The notes under the pieces are model-generated. The model was not told where the DNA came from. It saw only the letters and a list, made by a program, of their open reading frames with translations, and ran no database searches. Below, piece after piece: positions 32,694 through 42,799 of a stretch of DNA of 64,000 nucleotides (within the stretch, counting starts at the first letter, position 1; each line of letters starts with the position of its first letter). Position numbers and translations under genes: made by a program. The stretch comes from an uncultured Solirubrobacterales bacterium. Lineage in GTDB: Bacteria; Actinomycetota; Thermoleophilia; Solirubrobacterales; Solirubrobacteraceae. The stretch covers positions 33,840-97,839 of the forward strand of contig CAVPLN010000019.1 in the NCBI GenBank assembly GCA_963705995.1, given 5' to 3'.

Positions 32694-34139
32694 GTGCAGG
32701 AGCTGCTGATCGCCGGAGAGTGGCGCGCCGCCGCCGACGGCCGTGAGTACGCGCAGACGTTTCCGTACACCGGCGAGCAGGTGGGTACGGCGGCCGCCGC
32801 GTCGCGCGCCGACGCTCGCGCCGCCGTCGATGCCGCGCACCGGGCGTTCGCCGAGTGGGGGACGACCGTTCCGGCCGTCCGGCGTGAGCTGCTCGGCAAG
32901 GCGGCGGACCTCCTCCAGCAGCGCGCGGAGGAGATCGCGACGACGGTCACGGAGGAGACCGGAGGCGTCTTCGGCTGGGGGATGTTCAACGTCGCGCTCG
33001 CGGCCGGGATGCTCCGCGAGGCTGCGGCTCAGGCGTACTGGACGACGGGTGAGGTGATCCCGTCAGACGTCCCCGGCAAACTCGCGATGGCGGTCAGGCA
33101 ACCGTGCGGCGTGGTCGTCGGGATCGCGCCGTGGAACGCCCCGGTGATCCTCGGCACGCGGTCCGTCGCGACACCGCTCGCGTACGGCAACACGGTCGTG
33201 CTCAAGGCCTCCGAGATCTGTCCGCGCACGCACGCACACATCGCCCGGGCACTCCAGGATGCCGGCCTCCCGGCCGGCGTCGTCAACTTCATCACCAATC
33301 AGCCGTCCGATGCCCCCGATGTCGTCGAGGAGCTGATCGCACACCCGTCCACGCGCCGGATCAACTTCACGGGCTCGAGCGCCGTCGGGCGGATCATCGC
33401 CGAGAAGGCGGGCCGCCACCTCAAGCGCGTGCTCCTCGAGCTCGGCGGCAAGGCGCCGCTGATCGTGCTCGCGGACGCGGACCTCGAGCGCGCGGCGGCC
33501 GCGGCCACGTTCGGCGCGTTCTTCCATCAGGGGCAGATCTGCATGTCGACCGAGCGGCTGATCGTCGACCGCCGGGTCGCCGAGTCGCTGGCGGGCAAGA
33601 TCGTCGAGCGGGCGGCCGCGCTGCCGCTCGGTGATCCGCGCGAGCAGACGACGGCGATCGGCCCGATGATCAACAGAGCCGCGCTCGAGCGGATCGACGG
33701 GCTGGTCAAGGACGCGGTCGCGAACGGCGCCAGGACGCTGACGGGCGGCGCGCCGAACGGCAGCATCTTCCCGCCGACGGTGCTGCACGGGATCACGCCC
33801 GAGATGCGGCTGTACAGCGAGGAGGCGTTCGGGCCGCTGCTCTCGATCATCGAAGTCGACTCCGCCGACGAGGCGGTCAGGATCGCGAACGACACCGAGT
33901 ACGGCCTCTCGGCGGCGGTCTTCAGCGCGGACGTGCCGGCCGCGCTCGAGCTCGCCCAGCGGATCGAATCCGGCATCTGCCACATCAACGACACGACGGT
34001 CCAGGACGAGCCGCAGATGCCGTTCGGAGGCGTCAAGGCGAGCGGCTTCGGCCGCTTCGGCGGCCGCGCCGCGCTGGAGGAGTTCACCGAGCTGCGGTGG
34101 ATCAGCATTCAGGAGCAGCCCCGCCACTACCCGATTTGA
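32694..34139 (+). CDS. Aldehyde dehydrogenase (vanillin/benzaldehyde/salicylaldehyde-type)
   Basis: IAPWNAP, NFTGS, LELGGK, GQICMSTER, EEAFGP, QMPFGGVK.SG.GRFGG. Confidence 0.93.
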   Translation: MQELLIAGEWRAAADGREYAQTFPYTGEQVGTAAAASRADARAAVDAAHRAFAEWGTTVPAVRRELLGKAADLLQQRAEEIATTVTEETGGVFGWGMFNVALAAGMLREAAAQAYWTTGEVIPSDVPGKLAMAVRQPCGVVVGIAPWNAPVILGTRSVATPLAYGNTVVLKASEICPRTHAHIARALQDAGLPAGVVNFITNQPSDAPDVVEELIAHPSTRRINFTGSSAVGRIIAEKAGRHLKRVLLELGGKAPLIVLADADLERAAAAATFGAFFHQGQICMSTERLIVDRRVAESLAGKIVERAAALPLGDPREQTTAIGPMINRAALERIDGLVKDAVANGARTLTGGAPNGSIFPPTVLHGITPEMRLYSEEAFGPLLSIIEVDSADEAVRIANDTEYGLSAAVFSADVPAALELAQRIESGICHINDTTVQDEPQMPFGGVKASGFGRFGGRAALEEFTELRWISIQEQPRHYPI

Positions 34140-34160
34140 GTCAGAGCCTGACGCCGGGTG

Positions 34161-34192
34161 CGCCGCCCCCGCCCCGCAAGGCGGGGGCGGCG
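34161..34192 (+). terminator. Hairpin after the aldehyde dehydrogenase gene
   Basis: cgccgcccccgcc-ccgcaa-ggcgggggcggcg, perfect 13-bp stem. Confidence 0.7.
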
Positions 34193-34235
34193 AGGATCCG
34201 TCCGCCGGAGCCGGGTTCGGCTCTAGGATCGTGCG

Positions 34236-35123
34236 GTGGCTTTGATCAGTGGACCCGCCCGGGGGAGCCGGGTCCTCTCGCGTGTGCCCTCGCCCGCGCT
34301 CGTGATCGGTGGGATCGCGTCGGTCCAGACCGGCGCCGCGATCGCGACGACGCTCTTTCACCGGATCGGGCCGGGCGGCGCCGTGCTCCTGCGCCTGACG
34401 ACCGCGAGCGTGATCCTGATCGCGATCTCGCGGCCGCGCCTCGCCGGTCGCACCCGGCGCGAGGCGATGCTCGCGGGGCTGTTCGGCGTCGTGCTCGCCG
34501 GCATGAACCTCGCCTTCTATCACGCGATCCAGCGGATTCCGCTCGGCGTCGCGGTCACGATCGAGTTCGTCGGGCCGCTGACGGTTGCGGTTGTGGGCTC
34601 GCGGCGACGGCGCGACCTGCTCTGGATCCTGCTTGCCGTGCTGGGGATCCTGGCGCTCCTGCACGGCGACACGCACGCTCTTGATCCGACGGGCGTCCTT
34701 GAGGCTCTCGCCGCCGGCGCCCTGTGGGGGGCCTACGTCGTCCTCAGCGCCCGGCTCGGGCGGGCCTTCGCCGATGGCTCGGGGCTGGCCCTCTCGATGT
34801 GCGTCGCGACGGTGCTCGCCGCCCCGGTCGGGATCGCGGAGGCGGGGAGCGGCGTGCTCGCACCGCATGTGCTGCTGCTCGGGTCGGCGGTCGGGGTGCT
34901 GTCATCGGCGATTCCCTACTCGTTCGAGATGGAGGCGCTGCGGCGGATCGCGACGCATGTCTTCGGTGTGCTGATGAGCCTCGAGCCGGCGATGGGGGCG
35001 CTCGCGGGCTTCATCATCGTCGGCCAGTCGCTCGCTGCGCGCGAGCTGGCCGGGATCCTGCTGGTGATGGTCGCCTCGCTCGGCGCGTCGCTTGGCGCCC
35101 GGACCGTGCCAATCGACCGGTGA
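34236..35123 (+). CDS. EamA/RhtA-type exporter
   Basis: SVQTGAAIA, MNLAFY.AI.RIPLG.AVTIEF.GPL, LSSAIPYS.EM.ALRR, LMSLEPA. Confidence 0.9.
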   Translation: MALISGPARGSRVLSRVPSPALVIGGIASVQTGAAIATTLFHRIGPGGAVLLRLTTASVILIAISRPRLAGRTRREAMLAGLFGVVLAGMNLAFYHAIQRIPLGVAVTIEFVGPLTVAVVGSRRRRDLLWILLAVLGILALLHGDTHALDPTGVLEALAAGALWGAYVVLSARLGRAFADGSGLALSMCVATVLAAPVGIAEAGSGVLAPHVLLLGSAVGVLSSAIPYSFEMEALRRIATHVFGVLMSLEPAMGALAGFIIVGQSLAARELAGILLVMVASLGASLGARTVPIDR

Positions 35124-35174
35124 CGACCTTCATCGGACCACGACGACGCCCGCCGCGGCTGGCTGGGGCGTGTG

Positions 35175-37034
35175 CTAGCGCTCGTCGCGAGGTGGACTGG
35201 CGGGGGCGGGGGCGGGGCCGGGGGCCGGGGCGGTCGCGAGGCTCGTCTCCAGCGCCGCCGCCCGCGCAAGTGCGGCCTGCACCTGGCCGCGAAAGCGGCG
35301 CAGCCGTCTGCGGTTGAGGAGCACCGCGACCAGGCCGAGCGCCGTCAGCACGAGCGTCACCAGCCCGCCGACTCGCCCGATCGAGCGCACCGGCGAGGCG
35401 CTCGGGGCCGACGGGGCCGGCGTCGCCCGGACCGGAACCGAGAAGGCCCGGAGGACGAGGTGCCTGGGCCTCGTGCGAATCGCGCCGATCGGCGCGGTCT
35501 GCTCGGCGATTGCGAGCAGTTCGCCGTTTCCGACCGCGTCGGTGAGGGTGTTGTGGACCCAGTAGACGGCGCCGTACTGGCGCCAGGCGATGGTTTCGAG
35601 GTGGCTGCCGTCGTACGACAGGTCGTACCTGCGCGTCCCCAGGCGAAGGATCTGGTTGGGGTGGGCGAACAGCGGTGCCCCGGTCCACGTCGTTCCCTGC
35701 ACGTCATAGAACTGGCCGAGGTCTCCGTTCGAGAAGACCTCGACGTAGATCGGGTATGCGTCACCGCTCGGGGCGTGGATCAGGTAGTTGCGGATGCAGG
35801 CCTGCACAAGCTGCGTGCACCGCGGCGCGACCGGGATCGCGTCGCCCGCCAGGTCCTGGACCCTGGGGAACTCGGCGGTGAACTGCAGCTTCGCCGCGGC
35901 GCCGCGCTCGGCTGCGACGTCAGCGGCGAGCGTCGGCGTCAGCGGCAGCCGGGCGAGCCCATCGCGGCCGCTGAGCTTCCTGCCGATCGCCGCGACCTGC
36001 CGGCTCGGCGTGACGTCGCCGCCGAACAGGAAGTTGTGGACGCTGTCGTGGATCTGCTGCGGGGTCGCGGTCAGATCCGCCGCCGGGCACGTCACACCGT
36101 CGCACGGAACGGTCTGGAACGGGACCTGGCGCACGCGGAGCCCCGCCGCGCTGATCAACAGGTCGGCCAGGTTCAGGATCTCGGTCTGACTGCGCAGCCC
36201 CGTGTCGGTCTGGACCGTCTCGCCGAACACCTTCTCGAACTCGCCGATGTTGCCGGCCAGCTTCGGGCCGTACTGCTGCTTGACGGCGAGCAGGAAGCTC
36301 TGGTCGCGCGCATCGCGGACCTGGGAGGTGTCCGTGTGGCGATAGGACACGAACTGCTCGGCGTCGCTTCCGTTCAGGCACTGATAGCCCGGTTGCAGGT
36401 CGACGTTCTGGTATTGCGCACCACCGTCGGCGTTGTTGTGGTAGTAGCGCTCGTCGATCGTGTCGTAAACGCAGCCGAGCCTGTTGATCGCGTTCTCGAA
36501 CTGGGTGAAGGTGGTGGCGATCACGTGGTTGACCGATAGCCCGGTGACCTGCTTGATCGTCTTCAGGAGCGTCGTCGTTCCGTACGTGTAGGCGGAGTTG
36601 AGCCGGTTCGTGTACGTGACGCCGTCCGGTTCGGTGACGTTGACCCACAGCTCGCGCGGGAGCGACATCATCGAGATCCACGGCTTGCTCGGGTCGATCC
36701 GCACGAGCAGCATCTCGTTGGCCAGATTGGGGACGTAGGCGTTGTAGTACTTGTACACCGAGCGCGTGTCGTCGCCGATCATCAGCAGCGTCTCGGGTTG
36801 ACCGAAGCTCGCGTGCGCGAGCACCTTCGGTGTCACCTTCAGCGGCTTGTTGACGCTGATGTCCTGCACGAGCGTGTGGACCTGCTCGAGCACCGCCACC
36901 GCCGCCGTACCCGCAGCCGCCGCCAGCACGATCAGGCAGCCGAGCAGGGCGCGCCATCCGTAGGGACTCGGGTGGCTCTCCGAGGTGCGTGGGCCCGCGT
37001 CGGCCGGGGGCGTGGCTACCGGACGGGAATCCAT
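35175..37034 (-). CDS. LCP (LytR-CpsA-Psr) family protein with a C-terminal extension and second TM helix
   Basis: N-terminal TM, LLMIGDD.R, MLLVRIDP, MSLPRELWV, RLNSAY.YG, FVSYRHTD, RDARDQ.FL. Confidence 0.85.
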   Translation of the reverse strand: MDSRPVATPPADAGPRTSESHPSPYGWRALLGCLIVLAAAAGTAAVAVLEQVHTLVQDISVNKPLKVTPKVLAHASFGQPETLLMIGDDTRSVYKYYNAYVPNLANEMLLVRIDPSKPWISMMSLPRELWVNVTEPDGVTYTNRLNSAYTYGTTTLLKTIKQVTGLSVNHVIATTFTQFENAINRLGCVYDTIDERYYHNNADGGAQYQNVDLQPGYQCLNGSDAEQFVSYRHTDTSQVRDARDQSFLLAVKQQYGPKLAGNIGEFEKVFGETVQTDTGLRSQTEILNLADLLISAAGLRVRQVPFQTVPCDGVTCPAADLTATPQQIHDSVHNFLFGGDVTPSRQVAAIGRKLSGRDGLARLPLTPTLAADVAAERGAAAKLQFTAEFPRVQDLAGDAIPVAPRCTQLVQACIRNYLIHAPSGDAYPIYVEVFSNGDLGQFYDVQGTTWTGAPLFAHPNQILRLGTRRYDLSYDGSHLETIAWRQYGAVYWVHNTLTDAVGNGELLAIAEQTAPIGAIRTRPRHLVLRAFSVPVRATPAPSAPSASPVRSIGRVGGLVTLVLTALGLVAVLLNRRRLRRFRGQVQAALARAAALETSLATAPAPGPAPAPASPPRDER

Positions 37035-37054
37035 GAAAGCTTGTGCATATATTA
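37032..37054. promoter_or_regulatory. ArsR/SmtB-type operator overlapping the LCP -10 and start codon
   Basis: Minus strand TAATATATGCACAAGCTTTCATG, with ATG-N10-CAT symmetry resembling CzrA/SmtB operators. Confidence 0.6.
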
Positions 37055-37067
37055 CGCGGGACACCTG

Positions 37068-37427
37068 ATGCCTCCCGAGCCCCTCTCTGATCAGGTCGCC
37101 CAGCGGGTTGCCGACACGATGTTCGCGCTGTCGACGCCGAGCCGGCTGCGGATTCTCGGGGTGCTGCGCGACGGTCCGCTGACCGTGTCCGAGATCGTCG
37201 AGGTCGTCGGGCTGGAGCAGTCTGCCGTTTCGCACCAGCTGCGCGTGTTGCGCGACAACTCCGTCCTCAGCGTGACGCGGATCGGCCGGCGCCGGCAATA
37301 CGCGCTCAACGATCAGCACGTCCGCAGCCTGCTCGACGAGGCGCTGGCGCACGTGCTCGCCCTCGACGGGCGCTCAGCTCCCGCTGCGCCGGGCGCCGCC
37401 GCTGTCTCCGGGGAATCGGTCGCATGA
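37068..37427 (+). CDS. ArsR/SmtB metalloregulator (NmtR/CzrA-like)
   Basis: ALSTPSRLRIL, LEQSAVSHQLRVLR, alpha5 motif D-x-H-x10-H (DQHVRSLLDEALAH). Confidence 0.92.
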   Translation: MPPEPLSDQVAQRVADTMFALSTPSRLRILGVLRDGPLTVSEIVEVVGLEQSAVSHQLRVLRDNSVLSVTRIGRRRQYALNDQHVRSLLDEALAHVLALDGRSAPAAPGAAAVSGESVA

Positions 37428-37764
37428 GCAGCGGTGGGCTCGCGACGCCGCCGTTCAGCCCGCCGGCAGATCGCCGCAACGCGCTTGACCGTGCCCATCT
37501 CGGCGACATCGAAGGCGCGCGTGCTCGCGCTGGCGATGACCCGCGCCTATGTGCTGGTGACCGCCGGACTCTTGCTGCTGCGGGTCGGTCGTCTCCACCT
37601 CGGGTGAGCCATGCGAGGTGTGTCACCGTCACGCTGCACGAGCTTTGCGGAACCGACGATCAATTAGGCTATGCGCGATGATCGGCGCGATGATCGGGCC
37701 GGGAACGCGGCGACTGGTCTAGAGGTGGGGACCAGCCAGCCGTAGCACGAGTCTGCGAACGGGC

Positions 37765-40344
37765 ATGAGCCAGGTGCGGCCGATCCGGGGGGAGCCGCGC
37801 GGCGACGCGAGCGCCGCGTTGACGCTTGCCCGAATCGCGTCGGCGTCGGTGGCGCTCTGCGGGATCTACGTCGGGCTCGCCGAGGCCGGGCAGTCCCTCG
37901 GCAACTTCGGCGCCTACTCGATCTGGTACCTGCCCGCCGGCGTTTCGCTGGCGGTCTCGATGCTGTGGGGTTGGAAGTGGTGGCCGGTGCTGGCGGCGTC
38001 GGAGTTGATCAGCGGCATCGTCGTCTTCCACGTCGACACCCACCACTTCACGTGGCCGCTGATGATCATCAACGCCTCGATCTACACCGGGATCTACGTA
38101 CTCGGCGGCGCCGGACTCCGTCGCGCCGGGATCACCGATCGTGCCGACCGCGTCCGCGACGTGCTGATCCTGGTCGCCGTCGGCGCTGTCCTGGCGCCAT
38201 TTGCCGGCGCTCTGTTCGGGGTGGCGATGCGGCTCTGGGCCGGACTCGACAGCACCTCGCATTACTGGCACGACGTCCGCGTCTGGTGGGTCGGTGACGC
38301 GCTCGGGATCGCGACGATCGCGCCGGGAGCGATGGTCCTCGGTCTGCTGCTGGGCGTCGGCGGCCGGCGGCTGGTGCCGCCGGCGCTGCGACGGCAGGCG
38401 TCGCTCGTCACGGTCGTCCAGCTGCTCGCGCCCGCGGCTGCGGCCGCGGTGCTCCTCGGGCTCTGGGGGTACCACCCTGCGGTGCTGTCGCTCCTCACGA
38501 TCCCCGTCGTCGGCGTCGCGCTCCGGTTCGGGGTGGGGGGGACGGCGCTCGCCACCCTGATCCTGGCGCCGACGATGGCGGCCGTCGGCAACGCCGAGCT
38601 CGGCGATGTCCTGAGCCGGCGAGCGGACGTGCAGGTGCTGCTCCTCGGCATCGTCGCGGTCGGCTTTCTGGTCGGCAGCGTTGTCGACGAGCGAGAGCGG
38701 AGCAGCCAGCGGCACCGAGAGCTCGCACAGATCGTGGAATCGACGTCGGATCTCGTCGCGGTCGTCGCGCTCGACGGCAAGGTGAGATACCTGAACCGGG
38801 CGGGACGTCGTCTGGCCCGGGTTCAGCCCGGGCAGGACGTGCACGACCTCCGCGAGGACGATCTGTACGCGCCCGGCGCGCACGGACCGAGTGCATCGGA
38901 GGCACAGGCGTCCGCCGTCCGCGATCGCGTGTGGTCCGGCGACGTGTCGCTGCGACGTGGGGAGGAACAGCAGGACCTGACGACGTCGAAGGTCGTGATC
39001 GCGCACTACGCGCGCGACGGCACCCCGCTGCGCACGACCTCGATCGTGCGGGACGTCACGGAGGGCCCGGCAACCGGGCCCGATCGGGAAGCCCTGACCG
39101 ACAGCGTCACGGGGCTGCCGAATCGGACCGGATTCCTCGCGCAGCTGGCCCAGAGCCGCCGTCGGCTCGAATACGGCCGGACGTCCGCGGCGCTGCTCGC
39201 GGTTGACTTCGACCGGCTCGCCGAATTGCGGGCGCCGCTCGGTCATCGGCGGACGGACGCGCTGCTGGCCGAGATCGGCACACTGCTCGTGGCGCTCGCC
39301 GGATCCGGGGCTGTCGTCGGGCGGGTCGACAGCGTGCGTTTCGCGATTCTCTCGGGGGACGCTTCGCAGTCAGAAGTCGAGGGTCTCGGTGTCGCGGTCT
39401 GCGCGGTGAGCGTCCCCGTGACCGTCGACGGGGGGACGATCTCGGTCAGCCCGCGGGTGGGTGTCAGCGACGTGCCCGGCCATCATCCGGACGAGGCGGA
39501 CGCGCTGCTCGCTGCCGAGGTGGCCGCGCATGATGCGGTCACGCGCGGCTCCGACGAGCCGGTCCATGACGTCGACCATCGCCGCGCCGCGAAGAGCGCT
39601 CTGATCCTCGAGGCGCAACTGCGACGGGCCCTTGCGCAGCGACTCTGGCGGCTCGCCTACCAGCCGATCGTCGACGCCGCCAGCCGGCGCGTCACCGGCG
39701 CCGAGGCGCTGCTCCGGTTCGACCAGAACGGTCCGGCCTCATCGCCATTCTCACTGATCCTGCTCGCCGAGCAGCTTGGACTGATTCAGGATTTGGGGCG
39801 ACAGGTGCTCGCCGCCGCCTGCGGCGAAGCCACGAAATGGCCATCGCACCTGTCCGCCAGCGTCAACGTCTCACGCCATCAGCTGAACCCGGATTTCGTC
39901 GCCACCGTCCGGGAGGTTCTCGACGGATCAGGACTTGCTCCCGACCGGCTGGTCCTCGAGGTGACCGAGTCGGCCCTGGCCGCCGACCCCCGCGGTCTCT
40001 CCGAGTCGCTCGCCGGCCTCCATCGCCTCGGAGTGCGGATCGCCCTCGACGACTTCGGCACTGGCTATTCGTCGCTTGCGAGTCTCGACATGCTTCCGGT
40101 TGACATGGTGAAGCTCGATGCGTCGTTCACCCGCGGTCTGGCCGAGTCGGACCGCAAGCGGGCTCTCGTCGGGGCGGTCGTGATGCTGGCTCACGCGCTC
40201 GGTATCACCGTCATCGCCGAGGGGATCGAGTCGCCGGACGAGTTGAGTGCGCTCGTCGAGCTGGGGTGCGACGAGGTGCAGGGATACCTCCTCGCACGGC
40301 CCGGCAGCGCGACCGTGCTGCACTCGCTGCCGAGTCTCGCCTAG
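37765..40344 (+). CDS. MASE1-PAS-GGDEF(degenerate)-EAL c-di-GMP phosphodiesterase
   Basis: MASE1 (IWYLPAG, WWVGDALG), PAS (IVESTSD..YLNRAG), GGDEF replaced by DSVRF, intact EAL (YQPIV, EALLR, LEVTE, DDFGTGYSSL, VKLD, AEGIE, QGYL). Confidence 0.9.
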   Translation: MSQVRPIRGEPRGDASAALTLARIASASVALCGIYVGLAEAGQSLGNFGAYSIWYLPAGVSLAVSMLWGWKWWPVLAASELISGIVVFHVDTHHFTWPLMIINASIYTGIYVLGGAGLRRAGITDRADRVRDVLILVAVGAVLAPFAGALFGVAMRLWAGLDSTSHYWHDVRVWWVGDALGIATIAPGAMVLGLLLGVGGRRLVPPALRRQASLVTVVQLLAPAAAAAVLLGLWGYHPAVLSLLTIPVVGVALRFGVGGTALATLILAPTMAAVGNAELGDVLSRRADVQVLLLGIVAVGFLVGSVVDERERSSQRHRELAQIVESTSDLVAVVALDGKVRYLNRAGRRLARVQPGQDVHDLREDDLYAPGAHGPSASEAQASAVRDRVWSGDVSLRRGEEQQDLTTSKVVIAHYARDGTPLRTTSIVRDVTEGPATGPDREALTDSVTGLPNRTGFLAQLAQSRRRLEYGRTSAALLAVDFDRLAELRAPLGHRRTDALLAEIGTLLVALAGSGAVVGRVDSVRFAILSGDASQSEVEGLGVAVCAVSVPVTVDGGTISVSPRVGVSDVPGHHPDEADALLAAEVAAHDAVTRGSDEPVHDVDHRRAAKSALILEAQLRRALAQRLWRLAYQPIVDAASRRVTGAEALLRFDQNGPASSPFSLILLAEQLGLIQDLGRQVLAAACGEATKWPSHLSASVNVSRHQLNPDFVATVREVLDGSGLAPDRLVLEVTESALAADPRGLSESLAGLHRLGVRIALDDFGTGYSSLASLDMLPVDMVKLDASFTRGLAESDRKRALVGAVVMLAHALGITVIAEGIESPDELSALVELGCDEVQGYLLARPGSATVLHSLPSLA

Positions 40345-40472
40345 CAGCCCTGACCGGGTTCCGGATCCGGTCCGAGCAAGCGTATGGACCGACCGTGATC
40401 GCCGGACGGACGGCGTACCGACCTCCTGGCAGGGCGGGTGCGAGCGGATGCTACCGTCGCTCGTGGACGCCG

Positions 40473-41330
40473 ATGGCCATCGCCTCTTCACCTTCCCGGC
40501 GTGACGAGCTCCGCGCTTTTCTGCGCTCACGACGGGCGCGACTGGCGCCCGCGGATGTGGGCCTCCCCGATGATGGCGCCCGGCGGCGCACACCGGGCCT
40601 GCGGCGCGAGGAGTTGGCCGCGCTCGCCGGCGTGGGGGTGTCCTGGTACACGTGGCTCGAGCAGGGGCGGGACATCCGTCCCTCGCCACAGGTGCTCGAC
40701 GCTCTGGCTCGCGCGCTGAGGCTCGATGCAGCGGAACGGGCGATGCTGTTCGCGCTCGCACGCACCGAGCTGCCGCTTCCCGGCGGCTCGGAAGCCGCCG
40801 TCGCGGATGGCGCCTGCGAGGATCAGGCCGCACTCGTCTCGCTCGTCGAGGCCCTGCACCCTGCGCCGGCGTACCTGCTCGGTCCGATGACGCGGATCCT
40901 CGCTTGGAATCGGGCGGCATCCGCGCTGCTCGGCTCACCGGACCATTTGTCGCCCGAGCGACGCTCGCTCCTCTGGATGCTGCTGGTCGATCCGGGCCGG
41001 GAGCGCGCCAACCCGGGCCGGGAGGGGACCGCCCGCAATATGGTGGCCCGGTTCCGCACCGAGTACGCGCGGCATGCCGGCGATCCGGCCTACGAACGGT
41101 TCATCGCCGAGTTGGCCGAGCACAGCCCGTGGTTTGCGCGGTGGTGGGGCGAGCACGAGGTCAACGACACCCAGCGCGGCACGAAGACGATCGAGCATCC
41201 GACGCTCGGGACGCTCCGTCTGCATCACGCGCAGACGATTCCGACGGGGGCGCCCGACCTGCGGCTCACCGTCTACGCGCCTGCGGACGCACAGACCCGC
41301 GCCGCGCTGGCGGCACTCGCGACGTCTTGA
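40473..41330 (+). CDS. MmyB-like XRE family transcriptional regulator
   Basis: ELRAFLRSRRARL.P..VGL, RRTPGLRREELA.LAGV.VSWYTWLEQGR, HP.LG.L. Confidence 0.93.
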   Translation: MAIASSPSRRDELRAFLRSRRARLAPADVGLPDDGARRRTPGLRREELAALAGVGVSWYTWLEQGRDIRPSPQVLDALARALRLDAAERAMLFALARTELPLPGGSEAAVADGACEDQAALVSLVEALHPAPAYLLGPMTRILAWNRAASALLGSPDHLSPERRSLLWMLLVDPGRERANPGREGTARNMVARFRTEYARHAGDPAYERFIAELAEHSPWFARWWGEHEVNDTQRGTKTIEHPTLGTLRLHHAQTIPTGAPDLRLTVYAPADAQTRAALAALATS

Positions 41331-41410
41331 CGTGAGCGAGCGTCGGTCAATGACGTGCCGTTGCGCGGTTGGTGAGAGGCTGCTTTGAGTTGGATGAGCT
41401 CGGCGCTCGC

Positions 41411-42306
41411 TCAGTGCTCGGCGGCAGCCATCGGGTTGCCGACCTGCACGGCACCGTCGAGCCGCTCCAGATCGTGCGTGTCGAGCTCGATCTCGCCGGC
41501 CGCCATGTTCTCCTCCAGATGCTCGAGCGAGCTGGTGCCCGGGATCAGCAGGATCCGCTCGGACCGGTGCAGCAGCCACGCGAGCGCGATCTGGGAGGGG
41601 GTGGCGTGCCGTCGGGCCGCGACCTCCGTGATCGCGGGATCGGCTGCCAGCTGCTTGGGACCGCCGGCGAACGCCGAGCCGAGCGGAAAGAACGGCACGA
41701 AACTCAGCTGGTGCTCCTCGCACAAGGCCACCTGCTCCTCGTCAGCGCGGTTGACCAGGCTGTAAGCGTTCTGCACGCAGGCGATGTCGACGAGATCAAG
41801 CGCCCGGCGCACGGTGCCGGCGGCGGCGTTGGAGATCCCGATGAGGTCGAGCTTGCCCTCCTGGCGGAGGTCCGCCAGCGCCCCCAGCTGCTCGGCCAGT
41901 CGGCCTTCGGCGTCGTGCTCGTCGAACAGACGCAGGTTGACGAGGTCGATCCGCTCGAGCGCGCAGTGTGCGCAGGTTGTCCTCGACGCCTGACGCGCAA
42001 TTCAGCGGGAGCCTGGGCCGGCAGCCAGCCGCCGGCATCGTCACGCCGCCCGCCGACCTTCGTGACGAGCTTCAAGTGCTCCGGATACGGATGGAGCGCC
42101 TCCCTGATGAGCTCGTTGACGACGTTCGGACCGTAGAACTGCGAGGTGTCGATGTGGTCGGCGCCGAGTTCGACCGCGCGCCGCAGCACGGCCCTGGCGC
42201 CGTCGGGGTCGCTCGGCGCCCCGAACACCCCGGGTCCTGCGAGCTGCATCGCGCCGAATCCGATCCGGTTGATGGGCTTGTCGCCCAGAAACGCTGTCTT
42301 GTTCAT
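41411..42306 (-). CDS. Aldo/keto reductase (frameshifts near 41955-41995)
   Basis: RIGFGAMQL, HIDTSQFYGP, TKVG, then VQNAYSL, FFPLG, QIALAWLL, IPGTSS..HLEEN in another frame. Confidence 0.88.
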
Positions 42307-42553
42307 GGCCTGGAGGCTGCACCATCCGGGCTGCGCCGACAAGAAGTCTTCTGATCCTGTGACCGCCACCACCAGCCTCGGTGGGCGCTGCGGGGACAAC
42401 TACTGAAGCCGTTGGCGCGAAATCCGTGAGGTGGGGGGGACCTCTCCGGTTGCTGGGCCAGGCGATCGTCCGATAACCCTAAGAAGGACGGAAAAAGTTC
42501 GAGCGGCGGCTTGGCCCTGCTCGTACCCAGACGAAAGTCATGAGGACTGAACC

Positions 42554-42706
42554 ATGAGCACCAAGGAACTGCTGGCGATCGCTCCCTTCCACGTGCAGGC
42601 CGACGAGGTTGGCACCTACCTGCAGGCCGAGCGTGCCCGCGAGTACGCGGAGCAGGCCAAGTGCCTGTGTGGCCGCGCCGGCTGCCCGGACTGCAACACG
42701 GACTGA
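42554..42706 (+). CDS. 50-aa ORF with C-terminal CxC-x4-CxxC (below the ORF track cutoff)
   Basis: GAGGA RBS; MSTKELLAIAPFHVQADEVGTYLQAERAREYAEQAKCLCGRAGCPDCNTD; GC3-rich codons. Confidence 0.45.
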   Translation: MSTKELLAIAPFHVQADEVGTYLQAERAREYAEQAKCLCGRAGCPDCNTD

Positions 42707-42799
42707 TCGGCACGCCCAATTGGACGCCGACGAGGCGACGTACCACCAGTGTGCGCCGTCTCGCCGGCGGCTCTCAGGCTTGAGCCGGGGTCGAGCCTC

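Noticed and set aside
37041-37058. TTGTGCATATATTACGCG as a Rex operator
   Set aside because: The second half-site does not match TTCACAA; an ArsR-type operator explains it better
37424-37681. ORF coupled to the arsR stop codon
   Set aside because: No motif and atypical codon usage; unsupported
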